Assembly (NCBI GenBank): GCA_946625925.1 | Contig: CAMOTP010000002.1 | Location: 1 to 35,806 of the forward strand | Source: an uncultured Alphaproteobacteria bacterium | GTDB taxonomy: Bacteria; Pseudomonadota; Alphaproteobacteria; Rs-D84 | Direction of reading: 5' to 3' | DNA length: 35,806 bases | Part shown: in pieces, positions 8,895 through 16,861 of the stretch | Position numbering within the stretch: position 1 is the first letter of the stretch | How the letters are laid out: every line of letters starts with the position of its first letter | Notes under the pieces: generated by a model | The model's database searches: none | Told to the model about the DNA's origin: nothing | The model's input: only the letters and a program-made list of their open reading frames with translations | Program-made: the position numbers and the translations under genes

Positions 8895-9455
8895 TTATAC
8901 GGACATAATATCTGCTTCTTTTTGTTTTGCCATCGCATCAACTTCTGCTGCACGAGAATCAAATACTTTTTGAATATCATCCTCGTATTTACGTTGATCG
9001 TCTTCGGAAATTTCTTTGTCGGTCACAGCACGTTTAATCTTGCCCATGGCATCCTGACGAATGTTGCGCATAGAAATCTTGGCTTCTTCGGCATATTTAC
9101 CAGCAACCTTGGTTAATTCTTTACGACGTTCTTCGGTAAGTGGTGGCATATTCAAACGAATAACTGCACCTGCGGTCATTGGATTTAATCCCAACCCAGA
9201 ATCACGAATTGCTTTTTCTACAGGACCAGCATTATTCATATCCCATACAGTCACGTTTAATGTCTGATTGTCTGGTGTTGAAACAGTTGCAACCTGGTTC
9301 AATGGAACTTCGGATCCATACACAGGAACCTTGACACCATCCAATAAATGAACAGATGCACGACCTGTACGTAAACCTGCGAATTCGTTTTGTAAAATTT
9401 CCAATGTTTGTGCGGTTTTTTGTTCAACCTCGGCCTTTAAATTTTGATAATCCAT
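8895..9455 (-). CDS. frr: ribosome recycling factor
   Basis: Full-length Frr-like sequence (…LRTGRASVHLLDGVKVPVYGS…TEERRKELTKVAGKYAEEAKISMRNIR…). The SD aaggag is placed correctly for the second ATG (9455), not for 9461. Confidence 0.93.
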   Translation of the reverse strand: MDYQNLKAEVEQKTAQTLEILQNEFAGLRTGRASVHLLDGVKVPVYGSEVPLNQVATVSTPDNQTLNVTVWDMNNAGPVEKAIRDSGLGLNPMTAGAVIRLNMPPLTEERRKELTKVAGKYAEEAKISMRNIRQDAMGKIKRAVTDKEISEDDQRKYEDDIQKVFDSRAAEVDAMAKQKEADIMSV

Positions 9456-9495
9456 AAACATCTCCTTATATGTAAAATTAGATTAGCAAAAATAT

Positions 9496-9524
9496 TTGAC
9501 ATTTGGCAAGAAGAAATATAGAAT
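9496..9524 (+). promoter_or_regulatory. sigma70-type promoter of the tRNA-Ala/tRNA-His operon
   Basis: ttgaca (9496..9501), a 17-nt spacer, then tagaat (9519..9524). It ends about 14 nt upstream of the mature tRNA 5' end. Confidence 0.6.
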
Positions 9525-9538
9525 ATGTTTGCTCAAGT

Positions 9539-9614
9539 GGGGTTGTAGCTCAGTTGGTAGAGCACTTGCATGGCATGCAAGGGGTCGTCAGTTCGAGTCT
9601 GATCAGCTCCACCA
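9539..9614 (+). tRNA. tRNA-Ala (anticodon GGC)
   Basis: 76-nt cloverleaf: GGGGTTG/TA/GCTC-AGTTGGTA-GAGC/A/CTTGC-ATGGCAT-GCAAG/GGGTC/GTCAG-TTCGAGT-CTGAT/CAGCTCC/ACCA. It has the G3:U70 identity pair and an encoded CCA. Confidence 0.95.
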
Positions 9615-9631
9615 GGTTTCATAAAGTTTAT

Positions 9632-9708
9632 GGCGGGCGTAGCTCAGTTGGTAGAGCATCGGTTTGTGGTACCGAGTGTCGCCGGTTCGAGCCCGGTCGC
9701 CCGCCCCA
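9632..9708 (+). tRNA. tRNA-His (anticodon GTG)
   Basis: 77 nt with the extra G-1 opposite C73, anticodon loop TTGTGGT, T-loop TTCGAGC, and an encoded CCA. Confidence 0.95.
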
Positions 9709-9717
9709 TAAAGTTTT

Positions 9718-9744
9718 CCCCCACGAAAAGTGGGGGTATTTTTA
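9718..9744 (+). terminator. rho-independent terminator after the tRNA pair
   Basis: cccccac (9718..9724), loop gaaaa, gtggggg (9730..9736), followed by tattttta. Confidence 0.8.
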
Positions 9745-9844
9745 TCAAACCAATTTCCGATAATATCAGAATATTTTATCCTGTTTGTTCGTCAGATAGA
9801 TAAAAACGCCCACACACATTTTATGGTAAAATTGAATCAAACGA

Positions 9845-9873
9845 TTGACTTAAATAAAACATAATGATATTAT
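9845..9873 (+). promoter_or_regulatory. sigma70-type promoter upstream of the thioesterase gene
   Basis: ttgact (9845..9850), a 17-nt spacer, then tattat (9868..9873). It ends 35 nt upstream of the ATG at 9908. Confidence 0.5.
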
Positions 9874-9907
9874 ATGCTGGTCTAATAAATGGAAAGGGCT
9901 TAATAAA

Positions 9908-10612
9908 ATGAAACTGATAAAAAAAGACAGATTGCAATACGGTTTATGCGATGTTAATGCAAACATATCTATGCTGGGGGCATTTCAGTTAATAGAAAAC
10001 GCGAGTACCGAAATGATGGGGATACTAAAACTTGATGGTGAAACCTGTTTACGTGAATATGGCGGAATGTGGGTATATGTCCGCAATCGTATTGAATTTC
10101 GCGAAAAAATGCACTGGCTGGACGAATATACGATTGAATCTTATATATCTTCAATTGGTGGTGCAAAATTGAAAATAGACACAATTATAAAAACTAATGG
10201 AAAAATTGCGGTTGCATCACGTGCAGAATTGTGTGCACTAGACAAAGAAACCGGTAAAATTCGTCGCACAGCCACAGTTGGTATCAATGAAAAAATTATC
10301 GCAGAACCAACAGAAACAGACGTAGTATTTGAAGGATTTAATTATCCCTTGTCTAAATTGATTGATACTGTTGTTATACGCAGTTCTGATATTGATTTTA
10401 ATAAACACACCAACAATATTGCCTATGTAAAATATATCTGCAATCAATATAATACACCGGAACGTGCCAAAATACCTATTAAGGCAATTGAAATTCAATA
10501 TGTAAATCAAACATTTGAAGGCGATACATTGGAAATTTATCGTTGTCAGGATAACGTGTTTTCTATTCAAAGTAACGGCAAAACAATTGTTAATTGCATA
10601 ATCAATATCTGA
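9908..10612 (+). CDS. acyl-ACP thioesterase family protein (double hot-dog)
   Basis: 234 aa. The N-terminal half (DVNANISMLGAFQLIENASTEMMG…WVYVRNRIEFRE…) and the second-half motif IDFNKHTNNIAYVKY (D.N.HvNN..Y) match the Acyl-ACP_TE family pattern. Confidence 0.7.
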   Translation: MKLIKKDRLQYGLCDVNANISMLGAFQLIENASTEMMGILKLDGETCLREYGGMWVYVRNRIEFREKMHWLDEYTIESYISSIGGAKLKIDTIIKTNGKIAVASRAELCALDKETGKIRRTATVGINEKIIAEPTETDVVFEGFNYPLSKLIDTVVIRSSDIDFNKHTNNIAYVKYICNQYNTPERAKIPIKAIEIQYVNQTFEGDTLEIYRCQDNVFSIQSNGKTIVNCIINI

Positions 10613-10680
10613 TGTGTTTTGCCAAAATATTGACTTTGCATGATGATAGTATAATAATCAGCAGTAAGAAAGGTTTTTAC

Positions 10681-11274
10681 ATGACATCAACAAAAGAAAA
10701 ATTGCTAGCAAGTGCAACACAAATGTTTGCAGAGCATGGATTTGATGGTGTGTCTACGCGTGATTTGGTGACTATATCCATGGTAAACCTGTGTTCTATC
10801 AATTATTATTTTGGTTCCAAAAAAAAATTATACGATGCGGTTATTGATAACATTGTGGATAATATCAAGGAAAACCTTATTACGAAAATAGATGAATATA
10901 AATCTCAAAATATCCCAGCCATAGATAAAATAACTTTTATAATCAGTGAATTTTTTGATTATTTGTTTTCGAACAAAATATCAAATTCGATGGTTATGAT
11001 TTTATTTCGTGAATTGTTAAACACAAATACTGGCGAAGATAGAATATATAATGAAGTAATGGAACCCATAAAACAAAGTTTTGTAAATTTGATAATCGAT
11101 GCAACCGGTGCTGATAAACAAACAGCATATATCACAGCCCAATGCCTTTTCAGTCATCCTATATCTTTTCGATTGTTGCAAAACAAAGAAAAGTATTCTC
11201 AAAACTTTTTACAAAAAACGAAACAGCAGTTGGTTGAAAATTGCAAAATTCTGTTAATGCCCCATAAAGCCTAA
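10681..11274 (+). CDS. TetR/AcrR family transcriptional regulator
   Basis: The N-terminal HTH KEKLLASATQMFAEHGFDGVSTRDLVTISMVNLCSINYYFGSKKKLY is a classic TetR_N domain. The ATG at 10681 has the SD aaagg 7 nt upstream. The track start at 10594 would overlap the thioesterase gene. Confidence 0.88.
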   Translation: MTSTKEKLLASATQMFAEHGFDGVSTRDLVTISMVNLCSINYYFGSKKKLYDAVIDNIVDNIKENLITKIDEYKSQNIPAIDKITFIISEFFDYLFSNKISNSMVMILFRELLNTNTGEDRIYNEVMEPIKQSFVNLIIDATGADKQTAYITAQCLFSHPISFRLLQNKEKYSQNFLQKTKQQLVENCKILLMPHKA

Positions 11275-11321
11275 AAGGCAAATTATCAGGATACAATTAC
11301 GTTATTTGTTTTTTTTATAAA

Positions 11322-11663
11322 CTAGGTCAGTTTATATGACATTTCTATTAAATTTTGTATATTTTTTAACGGTATTGTTCCGTCCAATAATACAGTAATC
11401 CAATGATTTTTGTTCATATGATATGCTGGTAAAACGCCTTTTACACCACGAAAGAATTCCGTATCATTTGTTTTCAAATTTATAATATCAATATCGCCAT
11501 CACCAGACAGTTTTAATATACTGCGTGGAACGGTTCCTATTAATGCAAACCATTTATTATTGTCGTGATGCCGAAAAATACAATAAGTCGGATAACGCTT
11601 CCACAGATATTCCGGGGAAGCGTTATATTTGTTATTTATAAATTTTATAATTTTTTGTTTCAT
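11322..11663 (-). CDS. MmcQ/YjbR family DNA-binding protein
   Basis: 113 aa. PEYLWKRYPTYCIFRHHDNNKWFALIG…LPAYHMNKNHWITVLLDG…MSYKL fits the YjbR family pattern. The start overlaps the upstream stop (TAATG at about 11661..11665). Confidence 0.8.
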   Translation of the reverse strand: MKQKIIKFINNKYNASPEYLWKRYPTYCIFRHHDNNKWFALIGTVPRSILKLSGDGDIDIINLKTNDTEFFRGVKGVLPAYHMNKNHWITVLLDGTIPLKNIQNLIEMSYKLT

Positions 11664-12685
11664 TATTTCAAATTAGTCTTAAAGAACTGTTCCAATTTGT
11701 CAAATGGTATTACTTCCATATTGTCATACAAATCAACATGACTTGCGCCTGGAATAATCATCAATTCCTTGTTATCGCCAGTCAATTTTGCAAAAGCACC
11801 TTCGCTGAAATAACGGCTGTGTGCTTTTTCGCCATGTATCAACAATACCGGTGTGCGAATTTCATGTGCATATTGTAATAATGGCATATTAATAAATGAC
11901 AAAGAACTTGTTTTATTCCATCCGCCATTTGAATTCAAAGAACGTTTATGATATCCGCGTGGTGTTTTGTAATATGCATAATAATCTTTCACAAATTGTG
12001 GGGCATCTTCTGGTAATGGATCAACCACACCGCCAGCCAAATCATATTTTCCGTTTTTGTAATCTATTGTACGTTGTTCGTTTAATGCTTTTTTGTTTGC
12101 AAAACGAGCATCTGCATTATCGTCTGCATCAAAATATCCGTTTGCAGAAATACGTGTCATATCATACATTGTTGATGCAACAGTTGCCTTGATACGTGTA
12201 TCCATTGCTGCGGCATTTATTGCCATTCCACCCCAACCACAGATACCGATTATACCGATTTTATCGGCATCAACATCTGCACGATTACTCAGATAATCGA
12301 CCGCCGCAGAAAAATCTTCGGTATTGATATCAGGTGATGCAACATAACGAACATTGCCACCACTTTCGCCAGTAAACGATGGATCAAATGCCAATGTAAT
12401 AAAACCGCGTGCCGCCATTTCTTGGGCATACAGACCAGACGATTGTTCTTTAACTGCACCAAAAGGCCCAGATACTGCAATTGCGGGCATCTTGTCAGCA
12501 GTTTTCTTTTTTGGCATATATAAATCGCCAGTTAATTCAATTCCATATCTGTTGTGAAAATGTACTTTTTGTGTGACAACATTTGGATTTTTTGGAAATA
12601 CATTATCCCATTTATTACATGGAAAAAGTAAGCAACCTAAAATTCCCAACACCGCTATAATTATTAATATAATTGTCCATTTCAT
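11663..12685 (-). CDS. alpha/beta hydrolase (dienelactone-hydrolase-like), membrane-anchored or secreted
   Basis: 340 aa with an N-terminal hydrophobic anchor. It has the elbow-like motif IGIIGICGWGGMA and a C-terminal PGASHVDLYD (candidate catalytic His). Confidence 0.7.
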   Translation of the reverse strand: MKWTIILIIIAVLGILGCLLFPCNKWDNVFPKNPNVVTQKVHFHNRYGIELTGDLYMPKKKTADKMPAIAVSGPFGAVKEQSSGLYAQEMAARGFITLAFDPSFTGESGGNVRYVASPDINTEDFSAAVDYLSNRADVDADKIGIIGICGWGGMAINAAAMDTRIKATVASTMYDMTRISANGYFDADDNADARFANKKALNEQRTIDYKNGKYDLAGGVVDPLPEDAPQFVKDYYAYYKTPRGYHKRSLNSNGGWNKTSSLSFINMPLLQYAHEIRTPVLLIHGEKAHSRYFSEGAFAKLTGDNKELMIIPGASHVDLYDNMEVIPFDKLEQFFKTNLK

Positions 12686-12717
12686 GTTAAACTCCCTGTG
12701 GTTATATTGTGATTTAT

Positions 12718-13272
12718 TTACATTTGTTCATCAGCCCAATTTTTTAATTCTTCTGGGGTAACATCGGTTGAAAAACGTTTGCCAACCATAACTTTTGCAT
12801 TCGGTGCTAATGACTGCAAATTTGCACCATAATCACCGATACCACTGCTGCCCGATGTGGCAAATGGTATAACTGTTTTGCCAGCAAAATTATAACTTTC
12901 AATAAACGTATCCATAATGGACGGTTCGCGTCCCCACCAAATCGGTGAACCAACAAATACAATTTTGTATTGTGATATGTCTTCTATTTTTGATGCGATT
13001 GCCGGTCTGGAATTTCTGTCGCCCATTTCCACAGATGAACGACTTTTATCATTTTGCCAATTCAAATCATCAGATGTATATGGTTGTTCCGGAACAATTT
13101 CAAACAAATCAGCCCCAATTGCTGTTGCAAGTTTGTCAGCCACAGATTTTGTATTACCGGTGGCACTGAAATATGCAACCAATATTTTATCATTTGTCAT
13201 ATTTGTTTCCTCGGCTTTTGCATTTGTAAATATTGCACACACCAACATTAAAACAGATAATATTTTTTTCAT
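12718..13272 (-). CDS. flavodoxin-family protein with N-terminal signal peptide
   Basis: ILVAYFSATGNTKSVADKLA is the flavodoxin FMN-phosphate loop. It is preceded by MKKILSVLMLVCAIFTNAKA. The ATG at 13272 has the SD aaagga 6 nt upstream. The track start at 13311 has none. Confidence 0.8.
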   Translation of the reverse strand: MKKILSVLMLVCAIFTNAKAEETNMTNDKILVAYFSATGNTKSVADKLATAIGADLFEIVPEQPYTSDDLNWQNDKSRSSVEMGDRNSRPAIASKIEDISQYKIVFVGSPIWWGREPSIMDTFIESYNFAGKTVIPFATSGSSGIGDYGANLQSLAPNAKVMVGKRFSTDVTPEELKNWADEQM

Positions 13273-13341
13273 AACATTTCCTTTCGTATGAAAAGCATAC
13301 AGAATGTGCACAATTTTTGCAAGTTAATAAAAAGGAATTTT

Positions 13342-14067
13342 TTATTTGATTTTTTCTAATGTTTTTAACAATTCATCACGATATGGTTTTGACTGACTTA
13401 ATGGAATATTATAGTTTGCCCATATTTTTTTTGTGCCGTCTTTTGTGCGTGTTGTAACGGCATCTATTTCGCGGTTTTCGTTTATATGCACAAAAATAGG
13501 TTGATATTTGCTTTGTTTCAATGCCATCGTATCCACAGGAATATCCATTTTAATTTTCAAATCTTTTTTCACCCATTGAAATACCGGAACGATACTGTTT
13601 GTCGTTGGCGACAATTCTTTTTCCATATCCACAAATTCTTCATAACCGTTTTTCAGTTTATAAAAATCAACTGCTTCCTTCAACGCAGAAAGGCTCATTT
13701 TTGTCGCAAATATAGTTGCACTTTGTTCTGCGGCCTTTAACAGTTGTGTTCCAATACCGCAACGATGATATTTTGGTAATACATATAACCGTTCCAGATA
13801 CATTTCATTTGGTTCATAAAAACACCCAAATGTAAAACCAATCATTTGCGTGTTATTATATGCACCAAAGGCAAAATTATGTTTGTTTTCAGGCAAAGAT
13901 TCCTTAAAAACGCCTATACGGTCTTTGATGATAGGTTGTGTTGGGTACGATAATCCGTATAATTCTGTATCGCACGTTGATTCAATGCGTACAAAGTCCT
14001 CCCACACACCTGGTGCAGTCTGATTAAATATAGGTACAATATTAAAATCTAATTTCTGTTTTGCCAT
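13342..14067 (-). CDS. GNAT family N-acetyltransferase with C-terminal extension
   Basis: 241 aa. The acetyl-CoA motif A-like segment is LYVLPKYHRCGIGTQLLKAAE. The C-terminal ~90 aa are unassigned. Confidence 0.75.
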   Translation of the reverse strand: MAKQKLDFNIVPIFNQTAPGVWEDFVRIESTCDTELYGLSYPTQPIIKDRIGVFKESLPENKHNFAFGAYNNTQMIGFTFGCFYEPNEMYLERLYVLPKYHRCGIGTQLLKAAEQSATIFATKMSLSALKEAVDFYKLKNGYEEFVDMEKELSPTTNSIVPVFQWVKKDLKIKMDIPVDTMALKQSKYQPIFVHINENREIDAVTTRTKDGTKKIWANYNIPLSQSKPYRDELLKTLEKIK

Positions 14068-14121
14068 GTGCCACAGTGTACTATTGTTTTTTTCTTTGTC
14101 AATTCATGTAAAATAAAAAAC

Positions 14122-14138
14122 GCCCGATTTTCTCGGGC
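14122..14138 (-). terminator. rho-independent terminator (bidirectional architecture)
   Basis: gcccga-ttttc-tcgggc with an A-tract on one side and a T-tract on the other. It lies between the membrane-protein gene and the GNAT gene. Confidence 0.75.
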
Positions 14139-14161
14139 ATTTTTTCAAGAATGTAATATTT

Positions 14162-14959
14162 TTATTTTGCTTTGTTTTTGCCTTCGACTGCATCCGCAAT
14201 ACGGAACAAAGACATGCACAAATCTAACACAAAATAATAACCCAAGAATACAAAATAACCAATCAAAGGTAACAATGCGCTATACAACAATGTATAAACA
14301 AATGTTAACAATGTCAGTTTTGGAATTGTATGTGTGATAAATGCCAAATCAATACCATTTGCCACAGATAACAACATGGCAACACCAAATGCAAATGGAA
14401 CCAAACGGTATGATGCCTTGATAAGCAACGCAGTAATAGCAATCAAACTTTGCGCTGGTGTGGCAGAATCTTGTACACTAACATTTAACATTTTTGTAGG
14501 TGCCAAGAACATAACAGCCAAATACAATGTTAATCCGCATACGACCAAAGAAGACAAAGCAAAGATAACATGCCCCATGCAAATTGTCACAAGTGCAACA
14601 ATACCGCTTATCAATGCTATGATGCCGGACAGAAATGCCAGCACATCCAAAAATGCGCCATTTACGATATGGGTTTTGGCCTGGTCAATAGAAGGTTTAA
14701 CATATTCCAACATTTTGTCGGCAATATATCCCGAAATAAGACATACGACAACAAAGCCCAAAGCCACCACCGCAGCAGAACCAAACATAGCATCCAATCC
14801 TGTGGCATATTTACAACAAAAAGCAATGCCTAAAATTGGGAAAATGCCATACAAACAAACCAAACCAAATTTTTCAGCAAAATTTTCACTGCGTCTGAAA
14901 AATTCCAGCAGTTTATTGCCTTTTAACAGGTTCAGTCCTTTATCAAACAGTTTTTTCAT
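14162..14959 (-). CDS. hypothetical polytopic membrane protein
   Basis: 265 aa with at least 6 long hydrophobic segments. A strong SD (aaggag plus 5 nt) precedes the ATG at 14959, and a terminator lies downstream. The antisense ORF 14334..15020 lacks both. Confidence 0.7.
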   Translation of the reverse strand: MKKLFDKGLNLLKGNKLLEFFRRSENFAEKFGLVCLYGIFPILGIAFCCKYATGLDAMFGSAAVVALGFVVVCLISGYIADKMLEYVKPSIDQAKTHIVNGAFLDVLAFLSGIIALISGIVALVTICMGHVIFALSSLVVCGLTLYLAVMFLAPTKMLNVSVQDSATPAQSLIAITALLIKASYRLVPFAFGVAMLLSVANGIDLAFITHTIPKLTLLTFVYTLLYSALLPLIGYFVFLGYYFVLDLCMSLFRIADAVEGKNKAK

Positions 14960-15039
14960 TTTTACTCCTTTTTTATTTCATACTTTGATTTTAACACTAA
15001 GTAAAAAAATAAATCAATGAATAAATTACATAAAAAAAC

Positions 15040-15059
15040 ACCCGGTTTTTCAACCGGGT
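15040..15059 (-). terminator. rho-independent terminator downstream of rne
   Basis: An 8-bp stem acccggtt/aaccgggt with loop tttc. On the minus strand it is followed by a T7 run. Confidence 0.85.
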
Positions 15060-15067
15060 AATTTCGA

Positions 15068-16861
15068 TTAACCAACCAATTTTTTCCAAATAGATTTCTT
15101 TGGTTGTTTCTTTTTTGGATGACGACGTGGTGCCGTTGTTGTTGTACGCTTTGCCTCGATATGTTGTGCGTTTTTCTTTTTCGCATCAGTTGACGGGGCA
15201 TAAGCAGTCAAAATTTCTTCGGTTTTGACTTGTTCCGGTGCAACACGTTGAATAGAATATTGATCAATATTCATCAAACTATCATCGCCAACGATTACAA
15301 TTTCTGTTTCGAATTCTGTTTCCATTGCTGACAATTCGGCACGTTTTTGATTCAACAGATAAATTGCAACATCGGTTGGAACCGTCATAATGATTTTCTG
15401 GGCAGATTTAGCCAACAGTTTTTCTTGTAAATGACGGAACAATATAATAGAAGCCGTTTGAATACTTGGAACCACCCCAGCACCCATACAGTGCGGACAT
15501 GGAACATACGAAGATTCAATAAAACTACTGCGCATACGTTGACGTGACAACATCATCACACCAAATGCATTGATTTTTGCAACCTGGGTACGTGCGCGGT
15601 CGCGTTTCATAACCTCGCGCATTTTCATTTCCAACTTACGATTGTTGCGTTCTTCTTCCATATCGATAAAGTCGATAGCAACAATCCCGGCCAAATCACG
15701 TAATCTTAATTGCAAAGCAATTTCTTCGGCTGCTTCCAAATTAGTATTCAATGCAGTTTGTTCAATGTCTTTTTCCTTGATTGCACGTGAAGAGTTCACA
15801 TCAATCGTCACCATGGCTTCTGTTTGGTTAATAACAATCGACCCCCCAGATGGCAACACAACATATGGACCATGTAAACCTTCTAATTGTTTTTCAACAC
15901 CGGCCTTGACCATCAATGGCAGGGCGGCATCTTTATACAACGTAATTTGTTTGCGTGGTAATTTACCATACAACTGTTGGAAACAAGTTCTGGCAGCATC
16001 ATATGCTTCTTCGCCTTGGATAACCATAGTATCGGATTTATCAGAAATAAAATCACGAACAACACGACGGAGCAGGGAATCTTCGGCATGAATGATTACT
16101 GGTGCGACTGATTCCAATGTTGTTTTACGAATATCATTCCATAAATTAACCAAATAATCGTAATCTTTGGAAATATCCTCAGCCGATGCCCCAGCCGCAG
16201 CCGTACGCAACACAACTGTCATTCCGCGTGGAATTTTCAGGTTATGTAAAATCTCACGCAATCTGGCGCGTTCAGCTTTGTCAGAAATTTTTTTAGAAAT
16301 TCCATAACTATTGCGTTTTCTGGAATTAGGCATCAATACTGCAAAACGACCCGCCAAAGACAAATATGTTGTCATTGACGCACCCTTGCATCCACGTTCT
16401 TCTTTTACACCTTGGATTAACAAAATTTGTTTTGGTTTGATAACGTCTTGGATTTTGAATTCGCGTGCACGTTTCAAAAATTCCTTGTTATCTTCACCAG
16501 AATTTTGATCATCATAATCAGCAACTTCATCTGCCTCATCATCTGGATCTGTATCATCGTCAACGATGTTAGCATGTGCCAATTCTAATAATTTCTTTTT
16601 TTGTTCAGGTGTCACTTGATAATAATCTGGATGGATTTCAGAAAAAGGCAAAAAACCATTTTTCCCAGTTCCATAATCAACAAAAGCGGCCTGTAATGAT
16701 GGTTCAACCCTGATAACCTTGGCCAGATAAATATTACCTTTTATCTGGGGCTTTGTTGTTGTTTCAACATCAAAATCAGACACGCGACCTGTATCAGAAT
16801 CAACAACGACAACGCGTGTTTCTTCTGGGTGGACAGCATCCACGTATATTTTTTTTGACAT
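15068..16861 (-). CDS. rne: ribonuclease E/G family endoribonuclease
   Basis: An S1-like N-terminus (KIYVDAVHPEETRVVVVD…GNIYLAKVIRVEPSLQAAFVDYG), then the catalytic core (…GGSIVINQTEAMVTIDVNS…GIVAIDFIDM…) and a basic C-terminal tail. The ATG at 16861 has the SD aaagga. The track start at 16972 adds a non-homologous extension. Confidence 0.9.
   Translation of the reverse strand: MSKKIYVDAVHPEETRVVVVDSDTGRVSDFDVETTTKPQIKGNIYLAKVIRVEPSLQAAFVDYGTGKNGFLPFSEIHPDYYQVTPEQKKKLLELAHANIVDDDTDPDDEADEVADYDDQNSGEDNKEFLKRAREFKIQDVIKPKQILLIQGVKEERGCKGASMTTYLSLAGRFAVLMPNSRKRNSYGISKKISDKAERARLREILHNLKIPRGMTVVLRTAAAGASAEDISKDYDYLVNLWNDIRKTTLESVAPVIIHAEDSLLRRVVRDFISDKSDTMVIQGEEAYDAARTCFQQLYGKLPRKQITLYKDAALPLMVKAGVEKQLEGLHGPYVVLPSGGSIVINQTEAMVTIDVNSSRAIKEKDIEQTALNTNLEAAEEIALQLRLRDLAGIVAIDFIDMEEERNNRKLEMKMREVMKRDRARTQVAKINAFGVMMLSRQRMRSSFIESSYVPCPHCMGAGVVPSIQTASIILFRHLQEKLLAKSAQKIIMTVPTDVAIYLLNQKRAELSAMETEFETEIVIVGDDSLMNIDQYSIQRVAPEQVKTEEILTAYAPSTDAKKKNAQHIEAKRTTTTAPRRHPKKKQPKKSIWKKLVG

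Noticed and set aside
9503-9763. 86-aa plus-strand ORF in the ORF track
   Set aside because: It is read straight through the tRNA-Ala and tRNA-His genes and their terminator. It has no SD. It is an artefact of GC-rich tRNA sequence lacking stops.
12917-13291. 124-aa and two shorter plus-strand ORFs over the flavodoxin gene
   Set aside because: They are antisense to a gene with a clear flavodoxin phosphate loop and SD. They have no independent signals.
14334-15020. 228-aa plus-strand ORF antisense to the membrane-protein gene
   Set aside because: It has no SD or promoter, its composition is low-complexity, and it would run into the rne terminator. The minus-strand gene has a strong SD, clear TM helices and its own terminator.
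9496-15067. Integrase, transposase or attachment-site repeat marking a mobile island at the tRNA genes (also checked around tRNA-Lys, 25540..25890)
   Set aside because: No recombinase-like ORF is present on either strand, and I could not find a repeat of a tRNA 3' end by eye. No mobile_element feature is called.
15570-16091. 173-aa plus-strand ORF inside rne
   Set aside because: It is antisense to a highly conserved RNase E/G catalytic core. Its Ser/Arg/Ile-rich shadow-frame composition is typical of an antisense artefact.
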